This document shows positions 61,792-64,000 of a DNA stretch of 64,000 nt, piece after piece. The position numbers and the translations under genes were made by a program. The notes beneath the pieces are model-generated. The model ran no database searches. It saw nothing but the letters and a program-made list of their open reading frames with translations, and was not told where the DNA came from. The DNA lies in NCBI RefSeq assembly GCF_058153355.1, contig NZ_CM177019.1. One strand, written 5' to 3'. Positions within the stretch are counted from its first letter, which is position 1. Every line of letters begins with the position of its first letter.

Positions 61792-63954
61792 ATGACAGAA
61801 AAAGTAAAACAACATGCCGCTCCGGTAACGGGCAGTGATGAAATCGATATTGGTCGCCTGGTCGGCACCGTCATTGAAGCGCGCTGGTGGGTGATTGGCA
61901 TCACCGCTGTATTTGCCCTCTGTGCCGTGGTTTACACCTTCTTCGCCACGCCGATTTATAGTGCCGACGCACTGGTACAAATCGAGCAAAACAGCGGCAA
62001 TTCGTTAGTGCAGGATATCGGATCGGCGTTAGCCAACAAACCGCCTGCATCGGACGCCGAGATCCAGTTGATTCGTTCGCGTCTGGTGCTTGGTAAAACG
62101 GTGGACGATCTCGACCTCGATATTGCAGTGAGCAAAAACACGTTCCCGATTTTCGGTGCGGGCTGGGATCGCCTGATGGGACGTCAGAACGAGACGGTGA
62201 AAGTGACCACCTTTAACCGCCCGAAAGAGATGGCGGATCAGGTGTTTACGCTTAATGTGCTGGACGATAAAAACTACACCCTGAGCAGCGACGGCGGCTT
62301 TAGCGCCCGTGGGCAAGCGGGCCAGATGCTGAAAAAAGAAGGCGTCACGCTGATGGTTGAAGCCATTCACGCCCGCCCGGGCAGTGAGTTTACCGTCACC
62401 AAATACTCCACGTTGGGGATGATCAACCAACTGCAAAACAGCCTGACGGTAACGGAGAACGGCAAAGACGCAGGCGTACTGAGCCTGACTTATACCGGTG
62501 AAGATCGCGAACAGATCCGCGACATTCTTAACAGCATCGCCCGTAACTATCAGGAACAAAATATTGAGCGCAAATCGGCGGAAGCGTCGAAAAGCCTCGC
62601 TTTCCTCGCGCAACAGTTACCGGAAGTACGTAGCCGCCTCGATGTTGCCGAAAACAAACTGAATGCCTTCCGTCAGGATAAAGATTCTGTTGATCTGCCG
62701 CTGGAAGCGAAAGCGGTGCTCGATTCGATGGTGAACATCGACGCGCAGTTGAACGAACTGACCTTTAAAGAGGCGGAAATCTCCAAGCTGTACACCAAAG
62801 TTCACCCGGCGTACCGCACGCTGCTGGAGAAACGTCAGGCGCTGGAAGAAGAGAAAGCCAAACTTAACGGTCGCGTAACGGCGATGCCGAAAACCCAGCA
62901 GGAGATTGTGCGCCTGACCCGCGATGTCGAGTCTGGTCAGCAGGTCTATATGCAACTGCTGAATAAAGAGCAGGAGCTGAAAATCACCGAAGCCAGCACC
63001 GTCGGCGATGTGCGCATTGTTGACCCGGCAATCACCCAGCCTGGCGTGCTGAAACCGAAGAAAGGGCTGATTATCCTCGGCGCGATTATCCTTGGCCTGA
63101 TGCTTTCTATCGTGGGTGTGCTGCTGCGCTCGTTGTTTAATCGCGGCATCGAAAGCCCGCAGGTGCTGGAAGAACACGGTATCAGCGTCTATGCCAGCAT
63201 CCCGCTGTCGGAATGGCAGAAAGCGCGCGATAGCGTCAAAACCATCAAAGGGATTAAACGCTATAAACAGAGCCAGCTACTGGCGATGGGGAATCCAACC
63301 GATCTGGCGATTGAAGCCATCCGCAGTCTGCGTACCAGTTTGCACTTCGCGATGATGCAGGCACAGAACAATGTGTTGATGATGACCGGGGTTAGCCCGT
63401 CAATCGGTAAAACCTTTGTCTGCGCCAACCTGGCGGCGGTGATCAGCCAGACCAATAAACGGGTGTTGTTGATCGACTGCGATATGCGCAAAGGCTACAC
63501 CCACGAGCTGCTGGGCACTAATAACGTTAATGGCCTGTCGGAAATTCTGATTGGTCAGGGCGATATTACTACCGCTGCTAAACCGACCTCTATTGCCAAA
63601 TTTGACCTGATCCCGCGCGGTCAGGTGCCGCCAAATCCTTCTGAACTGTTGATGAGCGAACGCTTTGCCGAACTGGTGAACTGGGCGAGTAAAAACTATG
63701 ACCTGGTGTTGATTGATACGCCGCCGATTCTGGCAGTGACCGATGCGGCAATTGTTGGTCGTCATGTTGGAACCACGTTAATGGTGGCGCGTTATGCGGT
63801 CAACACATTGAAAGAAGTGGAAACCAGTCTGAGCCGCTTTGAGCAAAACGGTATTCCGGTGAAAGGGGTGATTCTGAACTCCATCTTCCGCCGCGCCAGC
63901 GCGTATCAGGATTATGGCTATTACGAATACGAATATAAGTCGGATGCGAAATAA
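61792..63954 (+). CDS. wzc: Tyrosine autokinase / polysaccharide copolymerase Wzc
   Basis: 720 aa from MTEKVKQHAAP (track ORF starts at 61756); Walker A GVSPSIGKT; C-terminal tyrosine cluster YQDYGYYEYEYK. Confidence 0.95.
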   Translation: MTEKVKQHAAPVTGSDEIDIGRLVGTVIEARWWVIGITAVFALCAVVYTFFATPIYSADALVQIEQNSGNSLVQDIGSALANKPPASDAEIQLIRSRLVLGKTVDDLDLDIAVSKNTFPIFGAGWDRLMGRQNETVKVTTFNRPKEMADQVFTLNVLDDKNYTLSSDGGFSARGQAGQMLKKEGVTLMVEAIHARPGSEFTVTKYSTLGMINQLQNSLTVTENGKDAGVLSLTYTGEDREQIRDILNSIARNYQEQNIERKSAEASKSLAFLAQQLPEVRSRLDVAENKLNAFRQDKDSVDLPLEAKAVLDSMVNIDAQLNELTFKEAEISKLYTKVHPAYRTLLEKRQALEEEKAKLNGRVTAMPKTQQEIVRLTRDVESGQQVYMQLLNKEQELKITEASTVGDVRIVDPAITQPGVLKPKKGLIILGAIILGLMLSIVGVLLRSLFNRGIESPQVLEEHGISVYASIPLSEWQKARDSVKTIKGIKRYKQSQLLAMGNPTDLAIEAIRSLRTSLHFAMMQAQNNVLMMTGVSPSIGKTFVCANLAAVISQTNKRVLLIDCDMRKGYTHELLGTNNVNGLSEILIGQGDITTAAKPTSIAKFDLIPRGQVPPNPSELLMSERFAELVNWASKNYDLVLIDTPPILAVTDAAIVGRHVGTTLMVARYAVNTLKEVETSLSRFEQNGIPVKGVILNSIFRRASAYQDYGYYEYEYKSDAK

Positions 63955-63957
63955 TGA

Positions 63958-64000
63958 CGCCTGCATTCGCACCGCCCCGTAGGCCGGATAAGGCGCTCAC
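63958..64000. repeat. REP element (partial at window end)
   Basis: cgcctgcattcgcaccgccccgtaggccggataaggcgctcac. Confidence 0.5.

Noticed and set aside
60843-63765. Minus-strand ORFs within wza and wzc (for example 60843-61331, 62029-62613, 62617-63177, 63400-63765)
   Set aside because: Antisense to well-recognised colanic acid export genes; no support.
1-64000. Integrase, transposase or IS elements within the window
   Set aside because: None seen; the prophage integrase must lie upstream of position 1, and no IS-like terminal inverted repeats or transposase ORFs were apparent.

Overview
The window splits into two parts. Positions 1 to about 28125 are the right-hand ~28 kb of a P2-like (Peduovirus-type) prophage, which looks intact over the stretch visible here; positions 28099 to 64000 are E. 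coli core chromosome. All calls rest on reading the sequence, protein motifs, sizes and synteny from memory; no database search was run.

Prophage: replication gene A, then cos, then Q-P / O-N-M-L-X / lysis cassette Y-K-lysA-lysB-lysC / R-S-V-W-J-I-H-G / FI-FII-E(E')-T-U-D / ogr, ending at an attR core that overlaps the 3' end of the sRNA gene cyaR. Int, C, cox, B and attL would lie upstream of the window.

The two classic P2 cargo hotspots are both occupied by AT-rich foreign DNA, and these are the best candidates for the system of interest:
- Between A and cos (2368-5422): a translationally coupled pair, a SIR2-family protein plus a HerA-like P-loop ATPase, i.e. a SIR2-HerA-type candidate anti-phage module where P2 itself carries tin/old.
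- Between G and FI (20180-21394, the Z/fun position): a single 175-aa ORF with an Rx4H HEPN-like motif, preceded by a 13-codon mini-ORF with a strong Shine-Dalgarno.

Chromosome, in K-12-like order: cyaR, yegQ, two ORFs I do not recognise lying between yegQ and yegP (possible accessory insertion), yegP, baeR, baeS, mdtD, mdtC, mdtB, mdtA, three tandem ibs/sib type I toxin-antitoxin modules, yegL, yegK, yegJ, yegI, yegD, alkA, dgcE(yegE), udk, dcd, asmA, yegH, then the start of the colanic-acid cluster (ops element, wza, wzb, wzc).
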